DNA of 64,000 nt from positions 2,292 to 66,291 of the forward strand of contig JBOGVA010000080.1 in NCBI GenBank assembly GCA_050692195.1, given 5' to 3'. Numbering within the stretch: the stretch's first letter is position 1; each line of letters begins with the position of its first letter. A program made the translations under genes and the position numbers. The notes under the pieces are model-generated. The model worked only from the letters and a program-made list of their open reading frames with translations. It was not told the DNA's origin and made no database searches. Below, piece by piece: positions 34,567-44,749 of the stretch. Source of the DNA: Actinomycetota bacterium. Its GTDB lineage: Bacteria > Actinomycetota > UBA4738.

Positions 34567-36038
34567 GCTGGGAGACGGCCGTCCTGTGGTTCCAGCAGGG
34601 CATCTTGGTCTATTTCGCGCTGCTGAACCTGCTGTACGCGCTGTTCGGGTACCTGGGGATCCGTTCGGTCATCCTGTACGCGCGGGGGGTGTCGAACGTG
34701 GCCCTTCGGGACCTCCTGGAGCTCGAGTTCTACAAGCCGGTGTCGATCCTCGTGCCCGCCTACAACGAGGAGCGCAGCATCGTGGCCAGCGTCCGGTCGA
34801 TGCTCGGGCTCCATCACCCGGAGTTCGAGGTGGTGGTGGCCCAGGACGGCTCCACGGACCGGACGTTGGAAGCCCTGATGGAGGCGTTCTCTCTCGTCGA
34901 GGTGCCGCTCGTGTACCGGAAGGCGATCGAGACCAAGCCCGTGCGCCGGATCCTGCGGTCCTTGCGCTACCCCAACCTCATCGTGGTGGACAAGGAGAAC
35001 GGTGGGAAGTCCGATGCCGTGAACGCGGCCCTGAACGTGGCCCGGTACCCGCTGGTGTGCGCGGTCGATGCGGACTCGCTGCTGAACGCGGAGGCGCTGC
35101 TTCGGGCGTCCCGCGCGTTCGTGGAGGACGACCGGGTGGTGGCCGTGGGAGGCACGGTTCGACCGCTCAACGGCGCGGTGCTTCGACACGGGGCCGTGCG
35201 AGAGCTTCGGGTGCCCCGGAAGTGGCTGGAGAGGTTCCAGATCCTCGAGTATGCCCGGGGCTTCTTCACCGGGAGGGCCGCGTGGAGCAAGTTCGGGGCG
35301 CTGCTCATCATCTCCGGGGCATTCGGCGTGTTCCGGCGGGACGTCGTCCTCGAGGCCGGTGGGATGTGGACCGGGACGGTCACCGAAGACATGGAGATCG
35401 TCGTTCGTCTCCACCGCATCAGCTTCGGGAAGCGACGCCCGTATCGAGTGCTGTTCACTCCCGATCCCATCTGCTGGACCGAGGTGCCCTCGGATCTTGG
35501 AAGCCTCCGCCGGCAGCGGAACCGGTGGCACCGGGGGCTGTGGGAGACCCTGTGGCGCCACCGGGGGATGCTGCTCCGCCCGCGGTACGGGTCGGTCGGG
35601 CTGGTGGGCCTGCCTTATTTCTGGCTGTTCGAGGGCCTTGGCCCCGTGGTGGAGATGCTCGGCTACGTGACCCTGGTGGTCTCCATCGCCACCGGATCGG
35701 TGCTCATGGAGTTCGCCGTGCCCTTCCTGGTCCTCTCGGTCCTGTTCGGGATGCTCCTGTCCCAGCTGGCCGTGGGGATCGAGACCATGCTGCTCGCCCG
35801 ATACGAACGTCTCTCGGACCGCTTCCGTCTGTTCGCGGCGTGCTTCCTGGAGATGTTCGGCTACCGTCAGCTCATGACCTGGGAGCGGTTCATCGCCACG
35901 TTCCAGGTCCGCCGGAAGCGCTCCACGTGGGGCGCCATGCGCAGGATCGGGATCGAGAGCGGGCCCGAGAGGTCCTCCTCCGGCCAGCCCCAAGCCGAGC
36001 AGCAGGCCGGCGACGAGGCCGGTTCGAGAGCCTCGTAG
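34563..36038 (+). CDS. Processive family-2 glycosyltransferase (PgaC/IcaA/cellulose-synthase-like polysaccharide synthase)
   Basis: The ATG at 34563 lies inside track ORF 34359..36038. The layout is N-terminal TM, a GT2 core and C-terminal TM segments. Core motifs: ILVPAYNEE, AQDGSTD, CAVDADS (DxD), VTEDMEI (TED) and RRQRNRWHRG (QxxRW). Confidence 0.85.
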   Translation: MSWETAVLWFQQGILVYFALLNLLYALFGYLGIRSVILYARGVSNVALRDLLELEFYKPVSILVPAYNEERSIVASVRSMLGLHHPEFEVVVAQDGSTDRTLEALMEAFSLVEVPLVYRKAIETKPVRRILRSLRYPNLIVVDKENGGKSDAVNAALNVARYPLVCAVDADSLLNAEALLRASRAFVEDDRVVAVGGTVRPLNGAVLRHGAVRELRVPRKWLERFQILEYARGFFTGRAAWSKFGALLIISGAFGVFRRDVVLEAGGMWTGTVTEDMEIVVRLHRISFGKRRPYRVLFTPDPICWTEVPSDLGSLRRQRNRWHRGLWETLWRHRGMLLRPRYGSVGLVGLPYFWLFEGLGPVVEMLGYVTLVVSIATGSVLMEFAVPFLVLSVLFGMLLSQLAVGIETMLLARYERLSDRFRLFAACFLEMFGYRQLMTWERFIATFQVRRKRSTWGAMRRIGIESGPERSSSGQPQAEQQAGDEAGSRAS

Positions 36039-36050
36039 CAGGCCCGTCCC

Positions 36051-36056
36051 CTATAA
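36051..36056 (+). promoter_or_regulatory. Candidate -10 box (perfect TATAAT) of the tig-clpP promoter
   Basis: A perfect TATAAT in an otherwise ~70% GC context, 52 nt upstream of the tig ATG. It is followed immediately by a tandem 11-bp repeat. Confidence 0.35.
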
Positions 36057-36107
36057 TCTGCCGGTGATCTGCCGGTAGTTCCCGCCGGCTGAGTAACCCG
36101 CTCTGCC

Positions 36108-37424
36108 ATGCAAACCACACTCGAAGAAGTAGACAGGCACAAGGTCAAGCTGACCGTCGAGGTTCCCCCCGACGAGGCCCGGCCCGTGCTCGACCTCGCG
36201 TACCGGCACATCGCTGGACGAGTGAGCGTGCCCGGCTTCCGCAAGGGCAAGGCTCCGCGCAAGATCATCGACGCCCAGGTGGGGCGAGACACGGTGCTCC
36301 AGGAGTTCCTGGAGCATGCCCTGCACGACTTCTACCTGGGAGCGGTCCGAGAGCACGAGCTGGCACCGATCTCCGACCCTGCCTTCGAGGACCTCGACGT
36401 GGGCGACATCGAGGGAACGGGCTTCCGGTTCACCGCCACGGTGGAGGTTCGCCCCCGGCTCTCGTTCGAGGAGGCCGACTACAAGGGCATCCGCGTCGAG
36501 CGTCCCAGCGCCGAGGTCACAGAGGCCGACGTGGACGAGCAGCTCGAGCGGCTACGGGACCGCTTCGCCGAGCTCGAGCCGGTCGGCCGCCCCGCCCGCC
36601 GCGGCGACTACGTCGTGGCCGACATCCACGCCTACGTGCACGACGTCGAGATCCCCGAGGCGTCGGGGCAGGGTGTCCTCTACGAGGTGGGGAGCGGACA
36701 GCTCGTTCCCGAGCTCGACGCGGAGATCGAGGGGAAGCGCAAGGGCGAGATCCTCAAGGTCAACGCGAAGCTGCCGGAGGCCTTCGGGGAGCGGGCCGGC
36801 CAGGAGGTCACCTTCCAGGTCCTGGTGAAGGAGGTGAAGGCGAAGAAGCTGCCCGCCCTCGACGACGACTTCGCCCGCACCGCTTCCGAGTTCGACTCCC
36901 TGGAGGAGCTTCGGGCCGACGTGAAGGAGAAGCTCGGGCGGCTCAAGGAGGGCTCGGTCCAGGCGGCCCTTCGCGACCGGGCCCTGGAGGCGCTCCTCGA
37001 GAAGGTGGATGTGGAGCTGCCGGAGCGGTTGGTGGACGCCGAGACCGAGTCCCGGGTGCAGGGGGCGCGCGAGCGAGCCGAGCGCCAGGGGGTCAGCCTC
37101 GACCAGGTCCTGGAGGCGTCCGGCGTGGACCAGCTGGAGTTCCGGTCCGACGCCCGGCGGCACGCCCTCCGGGCCATCAGGGCCGACCTGGCCCTGGAGG
37201 CCGTCGCCCGCGCCGAGGGCATCCGGGTCTCGGACGAGGACATCGATGCGGCCGTGCGAGAGATCGCGGCGCAACTCGGGCGCGACCACAAGGATGTCCG
37301 GAAGTCGCTGGAGCGCACCGGACAGATCACATCCCTGGCCGGTGATATCATCCGAGACAGGGCACTCAACCTCGTCGTGGAGAGCGCCGAGGTAGTGGAA
37401 GAACAGCTCGGAGGCAACCGATGA
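36108..37424 (+). CDS. tig: Trigger factor
   Basis: 438 aa with the ribosome-binding signature [14 protein letters not shown], a central PPIase-like region and a C-terminal helical arm. It is followed by clpP-clpX. Confidence 0.9.
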   Translation: MQTTLEEVDRHKVKLTVEVPPDEARPVLDLAYRHIAGRVSVPGFRKGKAPRKIIDAQVGRDTVLQEFLEHALHDFYLGAVREHELAPISDPAFEDLDVGDIEGTGFRFTATVEVRPRLSFEEADYKGIRVERPSAEVTEADVDEQLERLRDRFAELEPVGRPARRGDYVVADIHAYVHDVEIPEASGQGVLYEVGSGQLVPELDAEIEGKRKGEILKVNAKLPEAFGERAGQEVTFQVLVKEVKAKKLPALDDDFARTASEFDSLEELRADVKEKLGRLKEGSVQAALRDRALEALLEKVDVELPERLVDAETESRVQGARERAERQGVSLDQVLEASGVDQLEFRSDARRHALRAIRADLALEAVARAEGIRVSDEDIDAAVREIAAQLGRDHKDVRKSLERTGQITSLAGDIIRDRALNLVVESAEVVEEQLGGNR

Positions 37425-38050
37425 AGAACTATTTGGTCCCAATCGTCATCGAACAGACGAACCGTGGCGAGCGGTCGTTCGACATCTACTCGCGGCTCCT
37501 CAAGGACCGCATCGTGTTCCTGGGAACGCCCATCGACGACCAGGTGGCCAATCTCGTCATGGCCCAGCTGATCCACCTCGAGTCCGAGGACCCCGACAAG
37601 GACATCAACGTCTACATCAACTCCCCCGGCGGCGATATCACGTCACTCTTCGCCGTTTACGACACGATCGCGTACATCCGCTCCGACGTCTCCACCATCG
37701 TGATGGGCCAGGCTGCCTCGGCGGCGGCCGTTCTGCTGGCGGCGGGGACGAAGGGCAAGCGGTTCGCGCTTCCGCATTCGCGGGTGCTGATCCACCAGCC
37801 GCACGGGCAGGCCGGCGGGCAGGCCGTGGACATCGAGATCCAGGCGAAGGAGATCCTCCGCTACCGGGCCCTGCTCGACGAGATCCTGGCGAAGCACACC
37901 GGTCAGCTTCTGGAGAAGGTGAAGAAGGACACCGACCGCGACTTCATCATGACCGCGGAACAGGCCAAGGACTACGGGATCGTCGACGAGATCATCAGCT
38001 CTCGGAAAGTTCGCGCAGACCTTGCGGCCGCGGCCGCAGCGTCGTCGTAA
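37421..38050 (+). CDS. clpP: ATP-dependent Clp protease proteolytic subunit
   Basis: 209 aa with YINSPGG, the [15 protein letters not shown] active-site Ser context and IHQP. The start overlaps the tig stop (ATGA). Confidence 0.95.
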   Translation: MKNYLVPIVIEQTNRGERSFDIYSRLLKDRIVFLGTPIDDQVANLVMAQLIHLESEDPDKDINVYINSPGGDITSLFAVYDTIAYIRSDVSTIVMGQAASAAAVLLAAGTKGKRFALPHSRVLIHQPHGQAGGQAVDIEIQAKEILRYRALLDEILAKHTGQLLEKVKKDTDRDFIMTAEQAKDYGIVDEIISSRKVRADLAAAAAASS

Positions 38051-38092
38051 GATATCGGGGTTCATAGCCCGGAAGCCGAGGGTGGGGGGGCC

Positions 38093-39364
38093 GTGGCAAA
38101 GTTCGGAGAGTCGGACCTTCTGAAGTGCTCTTTCTGCGGGAAGAGCCAGAAGCAGGTGAAGAAGCTCATCGCCGGCCCCGGCGTCTACATCTGCGACGAG
38201 TGCATCGACCTCTGCAACGAGATCATCGAGGAGGAGCTCTCCGAGACCTCGGAGCTGAAGCTCGAGGAGCTTCCCAAGCCGCGTGAGATCTACGAGTTCC
38301 TGAACGACTACGTGATCGGCCAGGAGCAGGGAAAGAAGGTCCTGTCGGTCGCGGTCTACAACCACTACAAGCGGATCCAGGTCGGCACCGCCGACGACGT
38401 GGAGCTCCAGAAATCGAACATCCTGGTGCTCGGCCCGACCGGGTGTGGCAAGACCCTCCTCGCGCAGACCCTGGCCCGGATGCTCAACGTGCCGTTCGCC
38501 ATCGCAGACGCCACCGCACTCACCGAGGCGGGATACGTCGGTGAGGATGTGGAGAACATCCTCCTCAAGCTGATCCAGGCCGCCGACTACGACGTGAAGC
38601 GGGCCGAGACGGGAATCATCTACATCGACGAGGTCGACAAGATCGCCCGCAAGTCCGAGAACCCCTCCATCACCAGAGACGTATCCGGAGAAGGCGTCCA
38701 GCAGGCGCTCCTCAAGATCCTCGAGGGGACCACCGCCTCGGTCCCGCCGCAGGGGGGCCGAAAGCACCCCCACCAGGAGTTCATCCAGATCGACACGACG
38801 AACATCCTGTTCATCTGCGGAGGAGCGTTCTCGGGACTCGAGAAGATCATCGAGAGCCGGATCGGCCGGAAGGGCGTTGGGTTCGGCGCCGACGTCCGCA
38901 AGATGGAGGACAAGGACCTCGGCGAGATCCTCTCCCACTCGATGCCCGAGGACCTCTTGAAGTACGGGCTGATCCCGGAGTTCGTCGGCCGACTGCCCGT
39001 CCTCACGCACGTGCACAACCTCGACAAGCAGGCGCTGATCGACATCCTCACCAAACCGAAGAACGCGCTCATCAAGCAGTTCAAGAAGTTCTTCGAGTTC
39101 GACGGCGTCGAGCTGGTGTTCAACGACGACGCTCTCGGGGCCATCGCGGACCAGGCGATCCTGCGGGGGACCGGAGCGCGCGGACTGCGAGCGATCCTCG
39201 AGGAGGTTCTGCTCGGCGTGATGTACGATCTGCCGTCGCAGAAGGACATCCGCAAGTGCATGATCGACGCGGACGTCGTGCTCAAGGGCGTCAACCCCAC
39301 GCTGGTCCCCAGGAGCGAGCGGGCTCAGACGCAGGTCCGGGCCCGCAAGGAGCGCTCGGCCTGA
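38093..39364 (+). CDS. clpX: ATP-dependent Clp protease ATP-binding subunit ClpX
   Basis: 423 aa with a zinc ribbon CSFCGKSQ...CDECI, Walker [12 protein letters not shown] and Walker [10 protein letters not shown]. Confidence 0.95.
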   Translation: MAKFGESDLLKCSFCGKSQKQVKKLIAGPGVYICDECIDLCNEIIEEELSETSELKLEELPKPREIYEFLNDYVIGQEQGKKVLSVAVYNHYKRIQVGTADDVELQKSNILVLGPTGCGKTLLAQTLARMLNVPFAIADATALTEAGYVGEDVENILLKLIQAADYDVKRAETGIIYIDEVDKIARKSENPSITRDVSGEGVQQALLKILEGTTASVPPQGGRKHPHQEFIQIDTTNILFICGGAFSGLEKIIESRIGRKGVGFGADVRKMEDKDLGEILSHSMPEDLLKYGLIPEFVGRLPVLTHVHNLDKQALIDILTKPKNALIKQFKKFFEFDGVELVFNDDALGAIADQAILRGTGARGLRAILEEVLLGVMYDLPSQKDIRKCMIDADVVLKGVNPTLVPRSERAQTQVRARKERSA

Positions 39365-39428
39365 GGGAACCGGGCCCACCTCGCTTCGGCCCGTGACCAA
39401 CCTGTAACAAGCGGCTCGTTCAGGTCGA

Positions 39429-40163
39429 TTGGCGCTACGGCCGATAACCAGCATGGGAATGACGACCCGAGAACGGATTCAGCCCGCACTCTCCGACGAT
39501 CAAGTCTGGCGACGCGCCGTGGAAGCGCACGACCAGGACGACGCCCGATTGTCGGCGGAGCTCGACGACCACGCGGTCCAGCCGCTGGCGGCCGCCCTGC
39601 TCGGCATGGACGCCGCGACCATGGCCCTCGAGCGGGGACAGACGGAGGAGGCCCAAGAGATCCTCCTCCAGAGCCGCACCCTCGTCCGGAGCGTGACCCA
39701 GCGGCTCCGGAGCCTGGTATTCGAGCTGCGGCCGCCGAGCCTGGACTCCGGTGGGGTGATGGCCGCAGCCAGGAGCCTGGTGGGACAGTTCCGACGAGAG
39801 ACGGGCATCCACGGCACCGTGACGGGCGAGCTTCCTCGTCTCGACCCCGAGTCCGAGATCACCCTGTACCGGGCCCTCCAGGCGGCCCTGTCCAACGTGG
39901 CCCGTCACGCCGCCGCGCGCTCCCTGGAAGTCTCGTTCTCGGTGCGTTCCGGCAGGGCCTCGATGAAGGTGCAGGACGACGGGACCGGGTTTGGCGGGCT
40001 TCCGAACGGCGAGGCCGATGGAGGCGCCGAGCCCAGGGCGAACGGCTCCGACCCCGGGGCGCTGGCAGCGATCCGGGCTCGCCTCGAGTGGTTGGGGGGC
40101 GGCCTCCAGGTCCGCACGACCATCGGATCGGGAACCCAGCTCACCGCGCACGTTCCCGTCTAG
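39429..40163 (+). CDS. Soluble HisKA_3/HATPase_c-type histidine-kinase-like protein, apparently degenerate
   Basis: 244 aa with no TM or sensor domain. The H-box region reads AELDDHAVQPL where the family normally has ELHDxxxQxL. The N-box LQAALSNVARHA and G1 DDGTGF are present. The G2 region is interrupted and non-canonical. The start could be the ATG at 39453 or 39459. Confidence 0.6.
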   Translation: MALRPITSMGMTTRERIQPALSDDQVWRRAVEAHDQDDARLSAELDDHAVQPLAAALLGMDAATMALERGQTEEAQEILLQSRTLVRSVTQRLRSLVFELRPPSLDSGGVMAAARSLVGQFRRETGIHGTVTGELPRLDPESEITLYRALQAALSNVARHAAARSLEVSFSVRSGRASMKVQDDGTGFGGLPNGEADGGAEPRANGSDPGALAAIRARLEWLGGGLQVRTTIGSGTQLTAHVPV

Positions 40164-40222
40164 AGCGCTCGCAAGGCCCCGCGTCTCAGCCGTTCTGAGG
40201 GTTCGGCTACACTCCCTTTCCA

Positions 40223-42925
40223 ATGGCTCAGCGCACAGGTGGAACCGGCATGCCCAAGGCATACGACGCCACCGGCGTGGAGTCACGGTGGTACCGGGAG
40301 TGGGTGGACCGGGGGTACTTCCGGGCCGACCCCTCCCGCGTTTCCGAAGAGCGCCCGCCGTTCTGCATCGTGCTCCCGCCTCCCAATGTGACCGGGGCCC
40401 TCCACATGGGCCACGCCCTCGACCACACGCTCCAGGACGCCCTCGTCCGTCGGAAGCGGATGCAGGGCTTCGAGGCGCTGTGGCTTCCGGGGACCGACCA
40501 TGCCGGCATCGGCACCGAGGTGCTGGTCAAGAGGCAGCTGCGGGAGGAGGGGACCGATCCCCTGGAATTGGGTCGAGAAGCGTTCATCGAACGGGTCTGG
40601 GAGTGGAAGGAGCGCTACGGCGATCGGATCGTCGAGCAGATGCAGCGGCTGGGCAACTCGTGTGACTGGGTCCGGCTCCGGTTCACCATGGACGACGGCC
40701 TTCGCCACGCGGTCCGGATGGCCTTCGTCCGGATGTACGAGGACGGCCTGATCTACCGGGGCGAGCGGATCATCAACTGGTGCCCCAAGGATCAGACGGC
40801 CCTGTCGGACTCCGAGGTCGAGCACGAAACGGTGGATGGCGAGCTCATCACGTTCCGCTATCCGCTGTCCGACGGCTCGGGCCACGTCGATGTGGCCACG
40901 ACGAGGATCGAGACGATGCTCGGTGACACCGGTATCGCCGTGGACCCCGACGACGAGCGGTACCGGTCGCTTGTGGGGAGGACCGTCCGACACCCGTTCA
41001 GGGAGGAGGACCTTCCGATCGTGGCAGACACCGCCGTCGACCCCCAGTTCGGCACGGGGGCGGTCAAGGTGACCCCCGCCCACGACCCCACCGACTTCGA
41101 GATCGCCGAGCGCACCGGTCTGCCCCGGCTGAACATCCTCGACGCGGACGGGACCATCTCCGACGTCGCCCCGGAGCGGTTTCGCGGTCTCGATCGATTC
41201 GACGCCCGTCGGGCCGTGTACGCGGCCCTCAGGGAAAAGGGCCTCATCGTCGACGAGGAGCGGCCGTACGTCCACTCCGTGGGCCACTGCTACCGGTGCG
41301 GCAGCGAGATCGAGCCGTGGTTGTCGGGGAAGCAGTGGTTCGTTTCCGTGGGTCGCCTCACGGGTCCGGCGAAGGAGGCGGCTGAGAGCGGGCGGGTCCG
41401 GTTCTTCCCCGAACGGTGGTTGGGGCCATACACCGCGTGGCTCGAGAACCTGCGCGACTGGAACATCTCCCGCCAGCTGTGGTGGGGGCACCGCATCCCC
41501 GTGTGGTACTGCGCCGAGGGCCACGAGTTCGCCGCAACGGAGGATCCCGCGGCCTGCGCGGAATGTGGCGGTACCCGTATCGAGCAGGACCCCGACGTCC
41601 TCGACACCTGGTTCTCGTCCCAGCTTTGGCCCTTCTCGACCCTCGGGTGGCCCGAAGAGACCGACGACCTCCGGACCTTCTACCCCACGTCTGTGCTGGT
41701 GACTGGGTACGAGATCCTTTACCTGTGGGTGGCCCGGATGATCATGTCCGGGATCTACCTGGCCGGCGACATCCCTTTCGGCCAAGTCCTCATCCACGGG
41801 TTGGTCCGCGACGAACGCAACCGCAAGATGTCGAAGTCGTTAGGAAACGTGATCGATCCGCTCGACGTGATCGACGAGTACGGGGCCGACGCGCTGCGGT
41901 ACGCGTTGGCCCGGCTGGCCAGCCCCGACCAACAGAACATCCCGTTCGGCACCCAGGACGCCGAGGTGGGCCGCAATTTCGCCAACAAGATCTGGAACGC
42001 GGCCCGCCTGGTCCTGGAGGCCACTCCGGAAGGAAGCGTCTTCGAGCTGCCGGCCTCGGGGTCGGCGACCCTCCTGGAGCGGTGGCTCCTGGCCCGGCAC
42101 GAGGCATGCCGGGCCGAGGTCGACGAGGCGATGGAGGAATATCGCTTCGACGACGTGGCCACATCGCTTCACCGTTTCCTGTGGTCCGAGTACTGCGACT
42201 GGGGGCTGGAGGTGGCCAAGCCGGCGCTGTACCAGGGCACGGATGAGGAGCGTCGCCGCACCTGGACGGTCCTCGCCTGGGTCCTCGAGCGCACCCTCAG
42301 GCTGCTGCATCCGATCATGCCCTTCGTGACCGAGGAGGTATGGCAACGGTTCGACCGGGGCGAGTCGATCGTGGTTGCTCCCTGGCCCGAAGCACGCCCG
42401 GAGCATCGGGACGAGGATGCGGAGCGCCGGTTCTCGTTCGTGGAGGAGGTGGTGACCTCGCTCCGGCGGTTCAGGAGCGATCACGACGTGCCGGCTTCCC
42501 GGGCGCTGACCGCCAGGGTGAGCGTGGCCGGGGAGCGGCGAGAGGCGCTCGTGGCCCTGGACGAAGAGGTCCGCCGTCTGGCTCGGCTCGAGGCGCTCGA
42601 GGTGACGGAGGAGGCCCCCGACCCGGCGGGCTCCGCGCGGCTCCTGGTTCAGGGAGCGGAGGTTCTGGTGCCGCTGGCCGGCGTGCTCGACCCGTCCGTG
42701 GAGTGCGAGCGCATCCGGCGCCGGCTGCTGGATCTCGACGGGGACGCTGTTCGAGTGGAGCAGAAGCTCGCCAACGAGGGGTTCCTGTCCAAGGCGCCGT
42801 CCGATGTGGTCGAGGCGCAGCGGCGGAAGCTGGCGGGTCTCAAGGAAGAGCGCGCCGCTCTGGCGGCGCAGCTCGCCGAGCTCGGCTGCGCCGACGAAGC
42901 GACCGGCTCGGCGGAAGAGCCGTAG
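40223..42925 (+). CDS. valS: Valine--tRNA ligase
   Basis: 900 aa with HIGH-type PNVTGALHMGHAL, KMSKSLGN and a C-terminal coiled coil. The true start may be the ATG at 40250 (MPKAYDATGVE). Confidence 0.95.
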   Translation: MAQRTGGTGMPKAYDATGVESRWYREWVDRGYFRADPSRVSEERPPFCIVLPPPNVTGALHMGHALDHTLQDALVRRKRMQGFEALWLPGTDHAGIGTEVLVKRQLREEGTDPLELGREAFIERVWEWKERYGDRIVEQMQRLGNSCDWVRLRFTMDDGLRHAVRMAFVRMYEDGLIYRGERIINWCPKDQTALSDSEVEHETVDGELITFRYPLSDGSGHVDVATTRIETMLGDTGIAVDPDDERYRSLVGRTVRHPFREEDLPIVADTAVDPQFGTGAVKVTPAHDPTDFEIAERTGLPRLNILDADGTISDVAPERFRGLDRFDARRAVYAALREKGLIVDEERPYVHSVGHCYRCGSEIEPWLSGKQWFVSVGRLTGPAKEAAESGRVRFFPERWLGPYTAWLENLRDWNISRQLWWGHRIPVWYCAEGHEFAATEDPAACAECGGTRIEQDPDVLDTWFSSQLWPFSTLGWPEETDDLRTFYPTSVLVTGYEILYLWVARMIMSGIYLAGDIPFGQVLIHGLVRDERNRKMSKSLGNVIDPLDVIDEYGADALRYALARLASPDQQNIPFGTQDAEVGRNFANKIWNAARLVLEATPEGSVFELPASGSATLLERWLLARHEACRAEVDEAMEEYRFDDVATSLHRFLWSEYCDWGLEVAKPALYQGTDEERRRTWTVLAWVLERTLRLLHPIMPFVTEEVWQRFDRGESIVVAPWPEARPEHRDEDAERRFSFVEEVVTSLRRFRSDHDVPASRALTARVSVAGERREALVALDEEVRRLARLEALEVTEEAPDPAGSARLLVQGAEVLVPLAGVLDPSVECERIRRRLLDLDGDAVRVEQKLANEGFLSKAPSDVVEAQRRKLAGLKEERAALAAQLAELGCADEATGSAEEP

Positions 42926-42929
42926 GAGC

Positions 42930-44219
42930 ATGCGGTTCGCCGAGGCGCTGGCGGACCTGGAGGCCCGCCAGCCGGAGCGCATCGTTCCGGACCTCGACCG
43001 GATCATCGCCCTCACCGAGCTCCTGGACCACCCGGAGCAGGCCTACCCGACCATCCACGTGGCGGGGACGAACGGGAAGACCACCACCACGCGCCTGATC
43101 GGACGGATCCTCTGCGCTCACGGGCTCTCCGCCGGCGTGTACACGTCGCCGCACCTGCACTCGGTGACCGAGCGACTGGCGCTCTGTGAAGAGGCGATAC
43201 CGGAGGAGGAGTTCGCCGAAGCCTACGATCACCTCCGGCCCTATCTCGAGGAGGTCGACCGGAACGGCGAGCGCGTCACGTATTTCGAGACTCTCACCGC
43301 GCTGGCCTTCCTCTGGTTCACGGAGAAGCCCGTAGACGCCGGTGTGTTCGAGGTGGGGATGGGAGGCCGCTGGGACGCCACGAACGTGGTGCGAAGCCAG
43401 GTCGCGGTGATCTGCTCGATCGATCTCGACCATCCCGAGCTCGGATCCACCATCGAGGAAGTGGCGCGGGAGAAGGCCGCGATCATCAAGGAGGGTTCGA
43501 CCGTCGTGGTGCAGGACACGGGCCCCGCGGAGATGGCCGCGGTAAGGGAGAGAGCGGCGGAGGTGGGGGCGCCCGTCATGGTGCTGGGCCAGGACTTCCG
43601 CATCCCGGCGCGGGGGGCCGCCGTGGGCGGCCAGCAGTTCGGTGTGTCGGGGATCCACGGGAGGTACGGCGATCTGTTCCTCCCTCTGCACGGGGCGCAC
43701 CAGGCCACCAACGTCGCCACCGCGATAGCGGCGAGCGAGTCGTTCATGGGCCGCGCCCTCTCCGGGGAAGCCGTCAGGGAGGCTCTTGCCGGCGCCACCG
43801 CTCCCGGGCGGCTCGAGGTCGTGTCCAGGAAACCCCTCGTCGTGATGGACGGAGCGCACAACCCCGAGGCCGCCGGTGCGCTGGCCGCATCGCTCGGGGA
43901 GGCCTTCGTGTGGCGGCGGCTGCACCTCGTGCTTGGGATCCTGTCCACCAAGGACGTCGACGGTGTGGTGGAGCCGCTGGGGTCGCGGAGCGACCACGCC
44001 TACACGTGCGCCAACTCGAACCCGGCCTCGTTCCCGCCGGAAGCGGTGGCCGAGGCGTGCCGGCGGGCCGGGCTGGACGCAACCCCGTACCCGACGGTGG
44101 ATGAAGCTCTCGACGCCGCCGTGGCCGCCGCAACGGAGGAAGACCTCATCCTGGTGACGGGGTCTCTGTACACTGTCGCGGACGCCCGTCGCCGCTACGT
44201 CGAACGGGTTGGAGGATGA
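42930..44219 (+). CDS. folC: Bifunctional folylpolyglutamate synthase / dihydrofolate synthase
   Basis: The ATG at 42930 lies inside track ORF 42804..44219. It has the Mur-ligase P-loop HVAGTNGKTTT. Confidence 0.9.
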   Translation: MRFAEALADLEARQPERIVPDLDRIIALTELLDHPEQAYPTIHVAGTNGKTTTTRLIGRILCAHGLSAGVYTSPHLHSVTERLALCEEAIPEEEFAEAYDHLRPYLEEVDRNGERVTYFETLTALAFLWFTEKPVDAGVFEVGMGGRWDATNVVRSQVAVICSIDLDHPELGSTIEEVAREKAAIIKEGSTVVVQDTGPAEMAAVRERAAEVGAPVMVLGQDFRIPARGAAVGGQQFGVSGIHGRYGDLFLPLHGAHQATNVATAIAASESFMGRALSGEAVREALAGATAPGRLEVVSRKPLVVMDGAHNPEAAGALAASLGEAFVWRRLHLVLGILSTKDVDGVVEPLGSRSDHAYTCANSNPASFPPEAVAEACRRAGLDATPYPTVDEALDAAVAAATEEDLILVTGSLYTVADARRRYVERVGG

Positions 44220-44623
44220 TGATTGTGGACGAGACGTTGGTGATCGTGAAGCCCGACGCGGTCCGGCGCGGGCTGATCGGAGAGATCCTCTCGCGCATCG
44301 AGCGCAAGGGCCTCCGCATCGTCGAGATGCGGACTATGAGGATCGCACCCCGGCTCGCCGAGGAGCACTACGCGGAGCACCGCGAGAAGCCGTTCTTCAC
44401 CGAGCTGGTGGAGTTCATCACCTCCGGCGACGTGGTGGTGGCCCGGGTGGCGGGAGAGGGGGCGGTCCCGGTGGTCCGGGAGCTCATGGGCCCGACCGAC
44501 CCCGCCCAGGCTCCGCCGGGGACGATCCGCGGGGACTTCGGCCTGCTGATCACCGAGAACCTCATCCACGGCAGCGACTCGCCCGAGACCGCCAAGCGCG
44601 AGCTGGACCTGTTCTTCGGCTAG
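44216..44623 (+). CDS. ndk: Nucleoside-diphosphate kinase
   Basis: 135 aa with TLVIVKPDAV and the NLIHGSDS active-site His context. Confidence 0.95.
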   Translation: MMIVDETLVIVKPDAVRRGLIGEILSRIERKGLRIVEMRTMRIAPRLAEEHYAEHREKPFFTELVEFITSGDVVVARVAGEGAVPVVRELMGPTDPAQAPPGTIRGDFGLLITENLIHGSDSPETAKRELDLFFG

Positions 44624-44749
44624 CGCACTCACCGCGATCCCACGCCGTCCCCCTGTCCCCCAAATGACCCCCTTGTGCCACGTCCTACAATCGGTTGTGG
44701 GGGAAGGGCACGGAACCGCAGGGAACCGGTCGAGAGGATCGAGTAGACG

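Noticed and set aside
37643-39454. A 603-aa minus-strand ORF antisense to clpP and clpX. Similar long shadow ORFs occur at 60374..62173, 34479..35993, 40283..41797 and 55768..57468.
   Set aside because: These are antisense shadows of unmistakable housekeeping genes in a high-GC genome, not independent genes.
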